Shown in pieces: positions 38,613-49,442 of a stretch of DNA of 64,000 nt. The position numbers and the translations under genes are program-made. The DNA lies in assembly GCA_000165345.1 (NCBI GenBank), contig CM000435.1:896001-960000 (forward strand). Direction: 5' to 3'. The notes under the pieces are model-generated. The model ran no database searches. It saw nothing but the letters and a program-made list of their open reading frames with translations, and was not told where the DNA came from. The stretch's first letter is position 1; every line of letters begins with the position of its first letter.

Positions 38613-38620
38613 TGGCGCCA
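38613..38620. promoter_or_regulatory. E2F-like palindrome TGGCGCCA in divergent promoter
   Basis: Lies between PFS2 (minus, ATG 38537) and PP2C (plus, ATG 38739). Confidence 0.4.
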
Positions 38621-38738
38621 TGTCCACGTACTTTAATGAATTTTAATCAAATTAGTAAACTGAGAAAGAAGCTAGCTTATTTATCAATAATATATTGAAT
38701 TTTTGTATGAATCTGGCCTGCAATATTGATCATAACTT

Positions 38739-40637
38739 TTGTTTGCAATGAACTCTGCATCCCTTCCTTTAAGGGCGCCAGCATCCTCTATATTAACAAG
38801 ACCTGGATATGTAATGAGGTACCCACGTTCTTTTAAAGAGCAGGAAACATTTACAAATGGAGGTGTAAGTCCCCAGGTTTCAATGCATCTGACTAGCGAG
38901 AACTCACATCTTAATTTTGATTTTTCAAGAGGGATGAGAACGTTATCTGCACCGAGCATGTCGACCCCACTAAATGCTTTCCAAACAACAAATACTCATT
39001 TGAATCAGCCTGATAGATTTGGTTTCGCTACAAAGTCTATGACATCTTCCCTGAATATCTCTGCTGCTCCTCAAAGGTTATCTTCCTTTTCTCAGATGCC
39101 ATATTCAAGTATGAATGTTCCACTACACTCTGAGTATAGTTTTAACTCTATTAATACTCATTCTGGATTTCTACATTCTGGGAATAATCCGGCAATTCAA
39201 GGAATGGTAAGAAACAATGTATTCCAGAATCAAGCACAGTACCCAATTCAGCCTCAGGTGATGCCTCCGCAATACATGATGCAACAACATGCTTTTCAGT
39301 TTCAAAGCCAACAAAGTCAGTTTGGAGCGGCCAACGAACGGCACGTGGGATTTGCTGGAAATCAAGCTGGTTTTAATTCGATGGCTCCAAATCAATATTC
39401 CAATTCAAAGCAAATTCCTCTCAATCACGTTGACCCTCGTGCATTTGACCGTAATATTGTGCGCTTAAATACCTTTAGTCCTGGCGTACAACCACAAGTA
39501 ATGCATCCTAACTCGTTTCAGAACAATATTGGAATGCAAATTCCTCACAGAAGCTACGAATTCTCGCAGAAATTTGCCCCTGATGTTAGAGGAAATGGGC
39601 AATCCTTGGCTGGAGATCGCTTTCCAACTCTGAATTTGTCTCCCCCAGTCACTGGAGGGGTTACCATTAAAGGATATAAACCAACTGTAGTCACTGAGAA
39701 CCAGGATAAGTCCTTGATCATTGATCTCGGTCCAAATGCATCTGCATATGCTGTTTTCGATGGTCACGGACCCCATGGTGACGTCATTGCAGAATTTGTA
39801 TCGAACAAATTTACCTCTTCAATTACACAGCTTTTGTCCTCTTATGTTGGAAACCTCTCCAATAACATTACTCCTCCCACAAGACAACAAATTAAGAACT
39901 TCTTCATAGTTCTATTCCACAACATGGACCTTCAGCTCTCTGAATTAAGGTACGGAATCTCAATGTGGAGTGGATGTACAGCTGCTGTTTGTGTTAGAAT
40001 CTTTAACGAAGCTCACATTGCATGGGTGGGAGACTCCAGAGTTGTTATATACAAGTTCACAAAGCCTATCTATAAAGGTTTAGATTCTTTAGATAAGGAT
40101 TCTACAACAAATTCCTGTGAGCCTTCTATTTCATGGTGGACAACTTCTGACCATGTCCCCAACAGGCCAGATGAGCTCAGTAGAATTACTGATTGTGGGG
40201 CATCTATTACTGTCTACTCCACGCCTTGGCTAAACAAATCTACCACCAGGATCCGTGAGCATGGTATTGCTATGAGTAGATCCTTTGGAGACAAAGCTGG
40301 CTCGCAGTTTGGAGTTATTTGCAAGCCTGACATGGCAAGTATCAAGCTTGAATCAAATAATAATTCTTGTGAATCTGAAGACAAGTGGGCAATTGTAGTT
40401 GCATCAGATGGGATCTGGGACTCTATTTCTGAGGAAGAAGTTGGGTACAAGATTATGAAGAATCTTATTTGGAAGGAGCCAGAGTCTTCTGGAGAAGATT
40501 TCCCTTCAAACAACCAGCGCCCTACACAAGAAGAAGTAACTGAATTGGCAAACTCCCTTTCTTCCGAAGCCTGGAGATTTAGGGCATCTGTAGAGAATTA
40601 TAGTGACGATACTACTTTAATAATTTCTATTATATGA
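38739..40637 (+). CDS. PP2C-family Ser/Thr protein phosphatase with long Q/N/S/P-rich N-terminal extension
   Basis: 632 aa. The C-terminal half has PP2C motifs (YAVFDGHGPHG, WVGDSRVV, MSRSFGD, VVASDGIWD). The N-terminal ~300 aa are low complexity. Confidence 0.85.
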   Translation: MFAMNSASLPLRAPASSILTRPGYVMRYPRSFKEQETFTNGGVSPQVSMHLTSENSHLNFDFSRGMRTLSAPSMSTPLNAFQTTNTHLNQPDRFGFATKSMTSSLNISAAPQRLSSFSQMPYSSMNVPLHSEYSFNSINTHSGFLHSGNNPAIQGMVRNNVFQNQAQYPIQPQVMPPQYMMQQHAFQFQSQQSQFGAANERHVGFAGNQAGFNSMAPNQYSNSKQIPLNHVDPRAFDRNIVRLNTFSPGVQPQVMHPNSFQNNIGMQIPHRSYEFSQKFAPDVRGNGQSLAGDRFPTLNLSPPVTGGVTIKGYKPTVVTENQDKSLIIDLGPNASAYAVFDGHGPHGDVIAEFVSNKFTSSITQLLSSYVGNLSNNITPPTRQQIKNFFIVLFHNMDLQLSELRYGISMWSGCTAAVCVRIFNEAHIAWVGDSRVVIYKFTKPIYKGLDSLDKDSTTNSCEPSISWWTTSDHVPNRPDELSRITDCGASITVYSTPWLNKSTTRIREHGIAMSRSFGDKAGSQFGVICKPDMASIKLESNNNSCESEDKWAIVVASDGIWDSISEEEVGYKIMKNLIWKEPESSGEDFPSNNQRPTQEEVTELANSLSSEAWRFRASVENYSDDTTLIISII

Positions 40638-40765
40638 GCATAAGCATGAAAATAGACTGCTGAGATACATAAATATAGTACTTAGTTAACTTTTAAAGAA
40701 TAGTGCTTTAATATATTGATTAAACTATAATCTGCCTTGAAAAAGCTACCTAATATAATCCTAAA

Positions 40766-42703
40766 CTAGTTATAATCGCTAGTACCTCTAAATCCTTTCT
40801 TTTTAAGGAGATTCTCTGGAGAGGGAAGGACTCTCTTACTCAAATCATAAGACTCGATTTCCCATTGCTGGAACTTATTGTTTGTCTCACAAGGTGTGAG
40901 CTTAAGTTGGTTATCCACTGCTGTGATACATGAGTTACTACGCTTGATCAAAGCTGTCAGAGGACTCTTGGATATTATTTCCACGTCCCAATGGTAGGAG
41001 TGCTCATTACACCAGTCCAGCTTAAATTTCTCAGTAATACACGACTCGTCATTGATTGTGACCATCCAGTGCTTTGAGGTTTTAAAGTACATAAAGTTCT
41101 GAGTTTCACCGGTATGACAACTCCAAAGCTTAACCTTCCCACCGGGATTATTAAAACCGTCGGTATCAATACATAAATTAGAACCGATATTCTTAATATT
41201 TCCTATATATGGAACGTCATCTATTGACTTAACTTCAGCCTCTGGATTGACATTTTCTAAGAACCACTTGAAAGAGTTGCAACGTAGCCTCTCTCTAAGC
41301 TTGATTCTTTCATCTAAAGGACCAGTGTCAACTCTAGGCCTTCCCATAACTCTCCAAGCCAAATCCCCAAACTCATCCATCCATAAATAAAGTGTACGTA
41401 ATTTATTCTTTAAAACAGCATGCGAAGGAGAGGAATAGCCAACTCCACCTTTTCTGAATACATGGAAAACTCTACTACAAGGTGCGCATTCAATAAAACC
41501 ACCACACATCCAAACTCTGAATGAAAGTTCGAGATTCTCTGTTCCCCAATATTCGAATTGGGGATCATAAGACCCAATCTGCTTGAAGAATGCCACATTT
41601 GCAGCAAGCAAACCTCCAGCCATGGTAGGGGAAGAAACATAATCATAGTTTTTTGCATATCTCCTCCTAGGGTCTGGAGAGATTTGCTGAGGGAAAGCAT
41701 GCTCAATCAACTTCCATAAGAATCCAAGAGTGCAGCCAATCCCACCGTTGACAAATTCAAATGTCTCACTATCTATTGAATCAATTTGAGGCATTACAAT
41801 TCTCCTTGGGTCCTCCTGAATTCTTTTTACTATTGGCTCAGCCCAAACAGGTTGGACTTCTATATGACTGTCTAAAATAACAAAAATTGGAGATTTACAT
41901 GCGTTAATTCCTGCAAGACGGGCACCAACAATTCCAGACCTCTTTGCATTTCTAATCAAACGGACCTTTGGTAAGGTGCTAATATAATTTACAAGTAGGT
42001 TATTCCCTCCTACCTTGATATGCTCACTGTTACTACCATCATCTACAAGAATAATTTCATCTAAGAGAGATGGAGGAGTCCTATTTAGGACTGAATGCAC
42101 GGATCTCATTAGGGTTGAAAATGGCTCGTTATAGAAAACTATAATTACTGAAATAGTGTCCATTTTGCTGATATCATAGCTAATCAATTTGCATTGTAGA
42201 TCACGATAATCTGAGACATTCCTATCCAATGGAAGAGAATCTGACAAATTCAAGTTGAATCCACCTCCTTGGGAAAGCACAGCAACAATATTAAGATCTT
42301 TTGGAGGAGGTGGCGACGGGGTCCAGGCCCTCTCACCATTTGGTAAAAATCCTAGATCTCCGTGCATCTTCCAAGGGTATGAATTGGGATACTCGTTTGT
42401 TTCAAAATCTTTGCTGACCAATTTTCTTTCTTGAAATTCACTTGTGGGCATTTCAGGTTCAAATTTACGACCGATATCCACGATCTCCCACCCATATGAT
42501 TCTTTAAACAGTTTCTCGTTGAATGCTTTGCTTACATTATTATTGGTGTTCACAAAAAACAATACATTCACGATAACCCAAGTGATGGTTGCAAGAGCAA
42601 CTAGGATTTGAAGAATAAACAAGCACGAAAATGGGAGACATTTCCCATTTGAGGCGTTACTATTAGAGCTTGGACGCATATTATAAAATGAAAACTTTAA
42701 CAC
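40766..42703 (-). CDS. Polypeptide N-acetylgalactosaminyltransferase (ppGalNAc-T, GT27) with ricin-B lectin domain
   Basis: 645 aa. Signal anchor. GT-A motifs VIIVFYNE, ILVDDGS, DxH (ILDSHIEV) and Gal/GalNAc-T motif WGTENLELSFRVWMCGG. C-terminal beta-trefoil with CxxxC/QxW (QQWEI). Confidence 0.85.
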   Translation of the reverse strand: MLKFSFYNMRPSSNSNASNGKCLPFSCLFILQILVALATITWVIVNVLFFVNTNNNVSKAFNEKLFKESYGWEIVDIGRKFEPEMPTSEFQERKLVSKDFETNEYPNSYPWKMHGDLGFLPNGERAWTPSPPPPKDLNIVAVLSQGGGFNLNLSDSLPLDRNVSDYRDLQCKLISYDISKMDTISVIIVFYNEPFSTLMRSVHSVLNRTPPSLLDEIILVDDGSNSEHIKVGGNNLLVNYISTLPKVRLIRNAKRSGIVGARLAGINACKSPIFVILDSHIEVQPVWAEPIVKRIQEDPRRIVMPQIDSIDSETFEFVNGGIGCTLGFLWKLIEHAFPQQISPDPRRRYAKNYDYVSSPTMAGGLLAANVAFFKQIGSYDPQFEYWGTENLELSFRVWMCGGFIECAPCSRVFHVFRKGGVGYSSPSHAVLKNKLRTLYLWMDEFGDLAWRVMGRPRVDTGPLDERIKLRERLRCNSFKWFLENVNPEAEVKSIDDVPYIGNIKNIGSNLCIDTDGFNNPGGKVKLWSCHTGETQNFMYFKTSKHWMVTINDESCITEKFKLDWCNEHSYHWDVEIISKSPLTALIKRSNSCITAVDNQLKLTPCETNNKFQQWEIESYDLSKRVLPSPENLLKKKGFRGTSDYN

Positions 42704-42872
42704 TCATAATCTCAAGAAAAGGCGCCTAAAAGTGGGGAACTTAAAAAAGAGGAAATTCAGGCAAGATTGAATAAAGTTGGTTGAATAAGCGAAAATAATA
42801 TAAAATAGTACTAAATGTAAGTCCTAAACATAGTACAGAAGTTTGGAGGAGATGGGAAGAGCTGATTAAAAA

Positions 42873-43985
42873 TCACTTAGCTTGAGTCTCATTTAGAATT
42901 TGAACTATATCTGACCTACAAATTGGACAAACACAATTCTGTTTAAACCATCCGTCGATGCACTCTAAGTGAAAGATGTGCCTAGAATCACATGGAAGTA
43001 CTCTAATAGTTGCATCATCTTCAATCTCCTGCACACAGATTGGACAGGATTTACTGATTGTGATACTTTTTTCTTTATTAAAACTAGGAGTACTATCATC
43101 TTGCATGACGTTAAGCCGCGTTTCAGATTTGCTACCTGGATAATGTTGTGTTTCAACGACAGACTGATTTTCGTCGAAAATTGTGACATGAGCACTATTG
43201 TTTAAGTTTCTAATATGTTCAACGAAAGGAATTGCCTGAATTTTGCACAATAATTCCTCTGGAACATTCTTCTTTTCCGTTCGAATTCCATTTCTGTGTA
43301 GAATATAGAGAATAAGCACACATAGTATGATCGGGAGTAAAATAGGTACAAAAATTTGGACAAACTGGAACCAGAACAGGAATAATGCGATAGAATAGTT
43401 CTTTCTACACGTTAATTCTGGTGGATTTGAATATATTAAATTAATCCCATAAAACCACCATGCTATGCCAAATATATGTAAAACATTTACAATGAGAACC
43501 AGTATAAAAGGTGACTGAGTCTGATATACTTTTGAGATGATTATTGTCATTGATCTAATAACTGAGGTTAACAAGAAACGAGATAGCCAAACAATACACC
43601 AAGTTTTTAGCTGTCTATCGCATTTGTTTCCCCAATCTCTTACCAATTGAACAAGAATTGTGGTGAATATGCCAAATATTGTGACCATAATAAGTATGTT
43701 TACCGCAATCGCGAGCATTATCCTATTATCGGCTTCACCATTCTCAGTTATTACTTGATATTCTTGATTATTATTATGGGTAGTAGATCCTTCACATGGC
43801 TCGGCTGAAAAGGCATTTGCGAATGTAATATTTGCCTGAGCCTCAGGATCTTCAAGTCTCCTGAAGTTCGACAGGTTAATAACATCTTCAATTTCCTCGG
43901 CTGGCTCTAAGTGAACTGTCCATGAAATCCCCAGCTCCTCATCCACTCCCGTATTTTCATTTTGGAGATAGAAACTCATAAACAA
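42873..43985 (-). CDS. Multi-pass membrane RING-H2 E3 ubiquitin ligase
   Basis: 370 aa. Several hydrophobic helices, then a C-terminal RING-H2 (CPICVQEIEDDATIRVLPCDSRHIFHLECIDGWFKQNCVCPICR). Confidence 0.75.
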   Translation of the reverse strand: MFMSFYLQNENTGVDEELGISWTVHLEPAEEIEDVINLSNFRRLEDPEAQANITFANAFSAEPCEGSTTHNNNQEYQVITENGEADNRIMLAIAVNILIMVTIFGIFTTILVQLVRDWGNKCDRQLKTWCIVWLSRFLLTSVIRSMTIIISKVYQTQSPFILVLIVNVLHIFGIAWWFYGINLIYSNPPELTCRKNYSIALFLFWFQFVQIFVPILLPIILCVLILYILHRNGIRTEKKNVPEELLCKIQAIPFVEHIRNLNNSAHVTIFDENQSVVETQHYPGSKSETRLNVMQDDSTPSFNKEKSITISKSCPICVQEIEDDATIRVLPCDSRHIFHLECIDGWFKQNCVCPICRSDIVQILNETQAK

Positions 43986-44488
43986 AATAATCTAATCATC
44001 CATCTTACTGTCACCTAAGCAGTTATGGTTCAAAATTGGGAAAAATTCTCCTGAAATATCCCAAATTTTTAGTGTTCAGATTCGTTTTCTGAATTATCCC
44101 TCTTTTTGTGTTCTTTTTTTTTTGCTTGCAATATGTTATGTCTAGCGCCACATAAATTAATTCTACTATGCGAATGAATCTAAAAGTTGTAATTAAATTA
44201 AAACAAGAAATAAAAGGCCTACAGACCTTAAAAATTAAAGTTTTGGATTATCTCCAGAATAATAGCAAGAATCTCTTTATTTAATGCTAATGTAGTTAAT
44301 ACCTAAGCCTAATTTAGCCACACATCATATTTATTGCTCTATACGTTGTTATTTCTTCTCAAATTGATCTAGTTATACTCATACTACTGTCATTTGTAGT
44401 TTTATCAGAATTGGGTTGTTTCTATTTAGAACTTGCCATTTAATTCTTATTATTAATTGAAGGTATTGAAATCTAGTTTGAATTCCGA

Positions 44489-44498
44489 TTTGGCGCCA
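44489..44498. promoter_or_regulatory. E2F-like motif TTTGGCGCCA
   Basis: ~60 bp upstream of the zeta-COP ATG at 44557. Confidence 0.4.
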
Positions 44499-44556
44499 GA
44501 AGTTGCCGCTGCTTAGCTGAGAATAAAATAATGTGGGCCAAGAATAACTTCTAAAA

Positions 44557-45145
44557 ATGTTTGATTCGATAGTAGGGTGCATTTTACTGGATACAGATGG
44601 GAACAGAATAGCGTCCAGGTATTATGGAAATTTAGAAAACATAGGACTGGCAGATCATGCTGCTCAACGGCAGTTCGAAGATCAGCTACACTCAAAAGGG
44701 CAGAAGCTTTCTGGGAAGACCGAGGCAGAAGCATTGTTTGTTGGTGAAATGCTTTGCTTGGTCAGATTTGCTGGCGATTTTTCAATATATATTGTTTCTT
44801 CTCCGTCAGAAAATGAACTTATACTCTTCGATGTATTAAACTGTATATATAATTCCTTATCTATAATAATTCCGTAAGTTTAATGATAAAATTCGAAATT
44901 AATTTTGAGATTATTAATTGCATTATTGTAGAGGACAATTATCTAAGAAGGGCCTATTTGAGTCTCTGGACACCGTACATTTAATTTTCGATGAAGTAAC
45001 CGATAGCAGTGGGATCTTGTTTGAGACTGAGGCTGGAGCAGTTTGCCAAAGAGCTCAGATGCAGGGAAGCAAAGCCTTGGAAAACACAGCATTTAACCAG
45101 GCGTTTGCATCTGCGAAGGAAAATATCATGAGAGGATTTCTATAA
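44557..45145 (+). CDS. COPZ: Coatomer zeta subunit (COPZ), 2 exons (44557..44872, 44931..45145; intron 44873..44930)
   Basis: Exon 1 (...SENELILFDVLNCIYNSLSIII) matches zeta-COP ..ENELMLMAVLNCLFDSL. GTAAGT donor at 44873, TTGTAG acceptor. Exon 2 (..LSKKGLFESLDTVHLIFDEVTDSSGILFETEAGAVCQR...) matches ..[33 protein letters not shown]. 177 aa. Confidence 0.8.
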
Positions 45146-45476
45146 CTAGAAAAAAATAACTTAGTAGAAAAATTAGAAATAGACAATTATTTTTATTTTT
45201 ATTTTTTGCATTACTAGGATTTGGAGGACCACAAATTCAATGAAATCTTTGTTACAAACATTCTAGTGCATAGTATTGAGAACCCTTTCCATTACTATTT
45301 GAAGATGACGGTCTCATATGTGTTGAACCTACATTAATTTGGGGCTCGTAGAAAGTTTGTATTGAATAATCGCTATTCCTTGTATACATACAACAGTTCG
45401 CTTCAGAGTCTTTTCTGAACATTTCAAAACAGCAGCAAATCGATTCATTGAGTACATTTGCAATCCCCCAAAAGCA

Positions 45477-48400
45477 TCAATTCATCTTCTTTCCACTCTC
45501 CTTTGAATTTATGGAGCTTGTTTGCTCTGGGAAGTCCACAATTTGGTTATATCCTCTTGAAAACGCTTTGAGAACTTCATCTATCAAAATAACTGGCAAA
45601 GAACAAATTAGTACTGCTAACCAGTCAATCATAGTGAGTGGAACAACATTGAATATGACTGAGATTGGAGGCACGTAGAGTATCACTAGATGGACAAACA
45701 CTGAAATCAAAATCGCAATGAGAAGTAAAGGATTGGCCCATGGAGGCACTTGGAGTAGAGAGTTGTCTTCACTCAATGCGTTCAAGGCGTTCAGCATCTC
45801 TATGACTACCAAAACTGTTAGTGATAGGGTACTGGCTTTCTTCTTACCTATAGAGAAATAAGTACATGGCTCTGATTGTGTGGAACCAAAGACAGAATTA
45901 CTTGAGAAACCTATCCATGTGTTGCACTTTGCCCAATTACTCAACTGCGAGAAGCTAACTAAGGTATTTCCATCTGAGGGATCTATTCCCCAAACATACC
46001 ACCAAACAAAAATCCCAACAGTTGCTATTCCAACATAAAGTCCAATAATCAAAAAACGAACGAATACCCATGCTGAAATCAAATTATCATCCTTTCGTCT
46101 CGGAGGTCTCCTCATAACGCGTGGATCTGGAGGGTTAAAACCTAAAGCTGTTGCAGGAAGACCATCTGTTACTAAATTTACCCATAGGAGCTGTACTGGG
46201 GCAAGGCCTTCTGGAATCCCTAAAGCAGCAGTCAGGAAAATGGATGCAACCTCTCCTATATTTGATGAGATAAGATACCTAATGAATGCCTTCATATTCA
46301 TATATATAGATCTTCCCTGCTCAACCGCAGCAACAATTGTCTCAAAATTATCATCAGCCAAAACCATATCACTGGCTTCTTTTGCAACATCAGTTCCAGT
46401 AATTCCCATCGAAATACCAATATCTGCTTGCTTTAATGCTGGAGCATCGTTTACACCATCTCCTGTCATTGCAGTGATTTCGCCCAGCTCACTTAAAAGT
46501 TGAACAATGACTTGTTTATGGCGTGGCTCTGTTCTGCTAAAAACAACTCCGTAAGACTCTTTCAATACTTTAAGCTTATCTGCTTCGGAAAGTTCTTCAA
46601 ATTCCCTTCCTGTTAGTGAACAGTACCTAGTAAACTGAGCTTTGAGAACCTCGCTACCAGTACGAAGCAAATTTCTCTTGTCAGAATTCATATGGCCATT
46701 AGAAATATTATTTTCCTCTAACATAAATGCTCCTATGGTGCTTGGAATTGTGGAAGAGCTTGAGAAATGATTGCTATTTTCATTGATGAAGTTTGAAATA
46801 TCCCACTCTTCTTTTGATCCTCTTAATATTCCAATAGAGGATGCAATTGCCTCGGCTGTATTTCGATTATCTCCAGTAATCATGAATACTCTGATTCCTG
46901 CTTTCTGGCATCTCTGGATTGCATTCTTTACTCCAGGTCTTGGAGGGTCGTAGATCCCCATAACACCGATAAAACAGAGATCTTTCTCAATATTGACAAA
47001 ATTAGAAGGGTCGCTTAGAAGAGCAGCTCCTTTAGACTTTGGCTGGCCATTATAAGTACTTAATTCACCAAGATTATCAACCTTTACTGCACATGCTAGA
47101 GTTCTAAGTACATTATCAGCCATATTAACAACTTTATCTAGGACTAGTGACTTGAATGAATCAGTTATTGGTTCAATAGTACCATCAGGCATCATAAAGG
47201 AACTACACCTATCAAGAATACCCTCGGGAGCACCTTTAACATATAATACATTTGAATTCTCATATGTATCAGTTTCTCCAGAACTTCTATGTGTAACCAA
47301 TTGTACATTAACATTGCCAGTATCTCTACATAAAACACTCATGGACTTTCGGTCTCTATGGAACTCCAATGTTGTGATTAGATTTACACCTGTACACCAG
47401 TAGTCGTTAAAAATGCTTGAAGTTTTTGATGTCCTTGAGCCTTCTTTGTTTTGATATTTCTGGTTTAGTCTAATATCAGGGCATCCAAGCTTCTCAACTA
47501 AAACTCTTAAAGCACCTTCTGTGGGCTCACCTTGAATTTTGAATTTATCTTCAACAAGATTGAGTTGGGAAGTGTTACAGAGAGCTAGACACTTTGCCAT
47601 CCATTGAAGATTGATATCTTCTGCTGTAATGTTCTCAAATTCTTTTGGTGTCTTAACGCCATCACTCATCCAAATAGCTCCAATTGGAGTGTATGAATGA
47701 CCTTCAACAGTATATTTGTCAATTGAGATAAAACTTCTTGGGACAAAAAATTGTACACAACACATTTCTGAAGTTGTAAGAGTACCAGTTTTATCACTGC
47801 ATATAACGGTTGTGCATCCCAATGTCTCAACAGATGGAAGACGTCTAACAATTGCATTTCTTTGAGCCATCTTTCTTGTTCCAAGGGCTAGACATGTGGT
47901 AATTACTGCTGGAAGTCCCTCTGGGATAGCAGCAACAGCTAAAGCCACTGCAATTTTTAAGTAGTAGATTGCACCATTGATTGTGGATCCATGAGCAGGA
48001 TCTTGGAAATTTCTAAAATTGATAACCCAAACAATGAGACAAATCACAGCAATAACTTTACTGAGAATTTCTCCAAACTCATCAATCTTCTTTCCTAAAG
48101 GAGTGTCTTCAGTGCTCTCAGAAGCCTTTTGAACAGCAGATTGAATTGCTCCGATCTCAGTTTGCATTCCTGTAGAGACAACGCATGCAATGCAAGATCC
48201 ATGAACTATAGTCGTTGAAGAGTATAAGATATTAGTTTTCGATTGGATTTCAATATTTCTCTTTGATATGTCCAGGGAATTGGAATCCTTTAATACTCCA
48301 GTAGATTCTCCAGTAAGTTGACTTTGCTCAACCCTTAAAGAAGAAGTCAGAAGCTTAATAACACGAAGATCAGCAGGAACGCGATCTCCAACTCGAACTC

Positions 48401-48866
48401 TAACAATATCTCCTGGTACAAGATCTTCAGCTGTAATTTCGCTCCATATACCACATCTTAATACCTCTGCGAGCTTTGGTTGAAGCTTCTTCAAAGCTTC
48501 CAAAGCACTTTCTGCATTAGATTCTTGCCAAACTCCCACAAATGCGTTAAGAACTAGGATAAATAGTATTACAATTGGCTCAATAAACGCTGAAATACCC
48601 TCTTCATATGCGTTATCACCAATTAACGCGAAGAAGAATGACATCAAGGCAGCACCCAACAAGATTCTAACAAGTAAATCGTCAAACTGAGCCAATATTA
48701 ATGCCCAATAGGATGTTTTCTCAGGTTCTTCCAACGAGTTCTTGCCAAATAATTGAGTATATTGTTCTACTTGCCCATTTGAAAGGCCTACATCACAATC
48801 TACATTATAATGTCGAAGGATCTCATCACACGATTTAACGTGTGGGTCCTCCAGTAAACTTATCAT
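45477..48866 (-). CDS. SERCA: SERCA-type P-type Ca2+-transporting ATPase
   Basis: 1129 aa. P-type motifs ICSDKTGTLTT, TGDNRNTA, MTGDGVNDAPALKQADIGISMG. Ten TM helices. SERCA-like N- and C-termini. Confidence 0.9.
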   Translation of the reverse strand: MISLLEDPHVKSCDEILRHYNVDCDVGLSNGQVEQYTQLFGKNSLEEPEKTSYWALILAQFDDLLVRILLGAALMSFFFALIGDNAYEEGISAFIEPIVILFILVLNAFVGVWQESNAESALEALKKLQPKLAEVLRCGIWSEITAEDLVPGDIVRVRVGDRVPADLRVIKLLTSSLRVEQSQLTGESTGVLKDSNSLDISKRNIEIQSKTNILYSSTTIVHGSCIACVVSTGMQTEIGAIQSAVQKASESTEDTPLGKKIDEFGEILSKVIAVICLIVWVINFRNFQDPAHGSTINGAIYYLKIAVALAVAAIPEGLPAVITTCLALGTRKMAQRNAIVRRLPSVETLGCTTVICSDKTGTLTTSEMCCVQFFVPRSFISIDKYTVEGHSYTPIGAIWMSDGVKTPKEFENITAEDINLQWMAKCLALCNTSQLNLVEDKFKIQGEPTEGALRVLVEKLGCPDIRLNQKYQNKEGSRTSKTSSIFNDYWCTGVNLITTLEFHRDRKSMSVLCRDTGNVNVQLVTHRSSGETDTYENSNVLYVKGAPEGILDRCSSFMMPDGTIEPITDSFKSLVLDKVVNMADNVLRTLACAVKVDNLGELSTYNGQPKSKGAALLSDPSNFVNIEKDLCFIGVMGIYDPPRPGVKNAIQRCQKAGIRVFMITGDNRNTAEAIASSIGILRGSKEEWDISNFINENSNHFSSSSTIPSTIGAFMLEENNISNGHMNSDKRNLLRTGSEVLKAQFTRYCSLTGREFEELSEADKLKVLKESYGVVFSRTEPRHKQVIVQLLSELGEITAMTGDGVNDAPALKQADIGISMGITGTDVAKEASDMVLADDNFETIVAAVEQGRSIYMNMKAFIRYLISSNIGEVASIFLTAALGIPEGLAPVQLLWVNLVTDGLPATALGFNPPDPRVMRRPPRRKDDNLISAWVFVRFLIIGLYVGIATVGIFVWWYVWGIDPSDGNTLVSFSQLSNWAKCNTWIGFSSNSVFGSTQSEPCTYFSIGKKKASTLSLTVLVVIEMLNALNALSEDNSLLQVPPWANPLLLIAILISVFVHLVILYVPPISVIFNVVPLTMIDWLAVLICSLPVILIDEVLKAFSRGYNQIVDFPEQTSSINSKESGKKMN

Positions 48867-48994
48867 GCTATTACCACCTTATAATTGACAGACTAAACTC
48901 ACTGATCCTGTTCTATTTATATATTAGTGCCAAATTCACCACTGATAATCTTTATAAAGATAATAATTTTTATTAAAGCAATCCGTCTAATGTT

Positions 48995-49007
48995 GCCGGC
49001 GCGCAAA
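48995..49007. promoter_or_regulatory. E2F-like motif GCCGGCGCGCAAA
   Basis: ~130 bp upstream of the SERCA ATG (48866, minus strand). Confidence 0.35.
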
Positions 49008-49378
49008 CTGGTTTATTACTTGTAATGAAATTCGAGAGGGAGGAAAAGAGGGGAAGAAAAAATAGATAATGTCAGAATAAATCGACGGGTTTATATGCAT
49101 GTCGGTGTGTTCTTGTCATATTTAAAACAAGGCTTTGCGAGTATTTCCGCCCATATATATTCTGTGAATAAGAATGATTAGAAACAACGTAGGATGTTTG
49201 TAGAGCTCGTAGGAGTAGTGGGCTAGAAAAATAATCCTACTAGTTAGGAGGTGATTACATGCATTTAAGCATAATCATGAATGAGTTTTGTAGCAAAGGT
49301 AATAAACGTGTTATTCTATATATGTATATATATTTATATATACATTTTTTTTCCTTAAATTCAAGAAAAATATTTTCG

Positions 49379-49389
49379 TTTGCGCGGGA
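49379..49389. promoter_or_regulatory. E2F-like motif TTTGCGCGGGA
   Basis: ~55 bp upstream of the ATG at 49443. Confidence 0.35.
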
Positions 49390-49442
49390 CTATTTATTGA
49401 CTATTAACTTACATTAATTTACAATATTTTAGTATTGGATTA

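Noticed and set aside
42717-42727. AAAAGGCGCCT motif 14 bp upstream of the ppGalNAc-T ATG as an E2F site
   Set aside because: It is too close to the start codon to be a typical promoter element, and it is a partial match only. Not counted among the E2F-like features.
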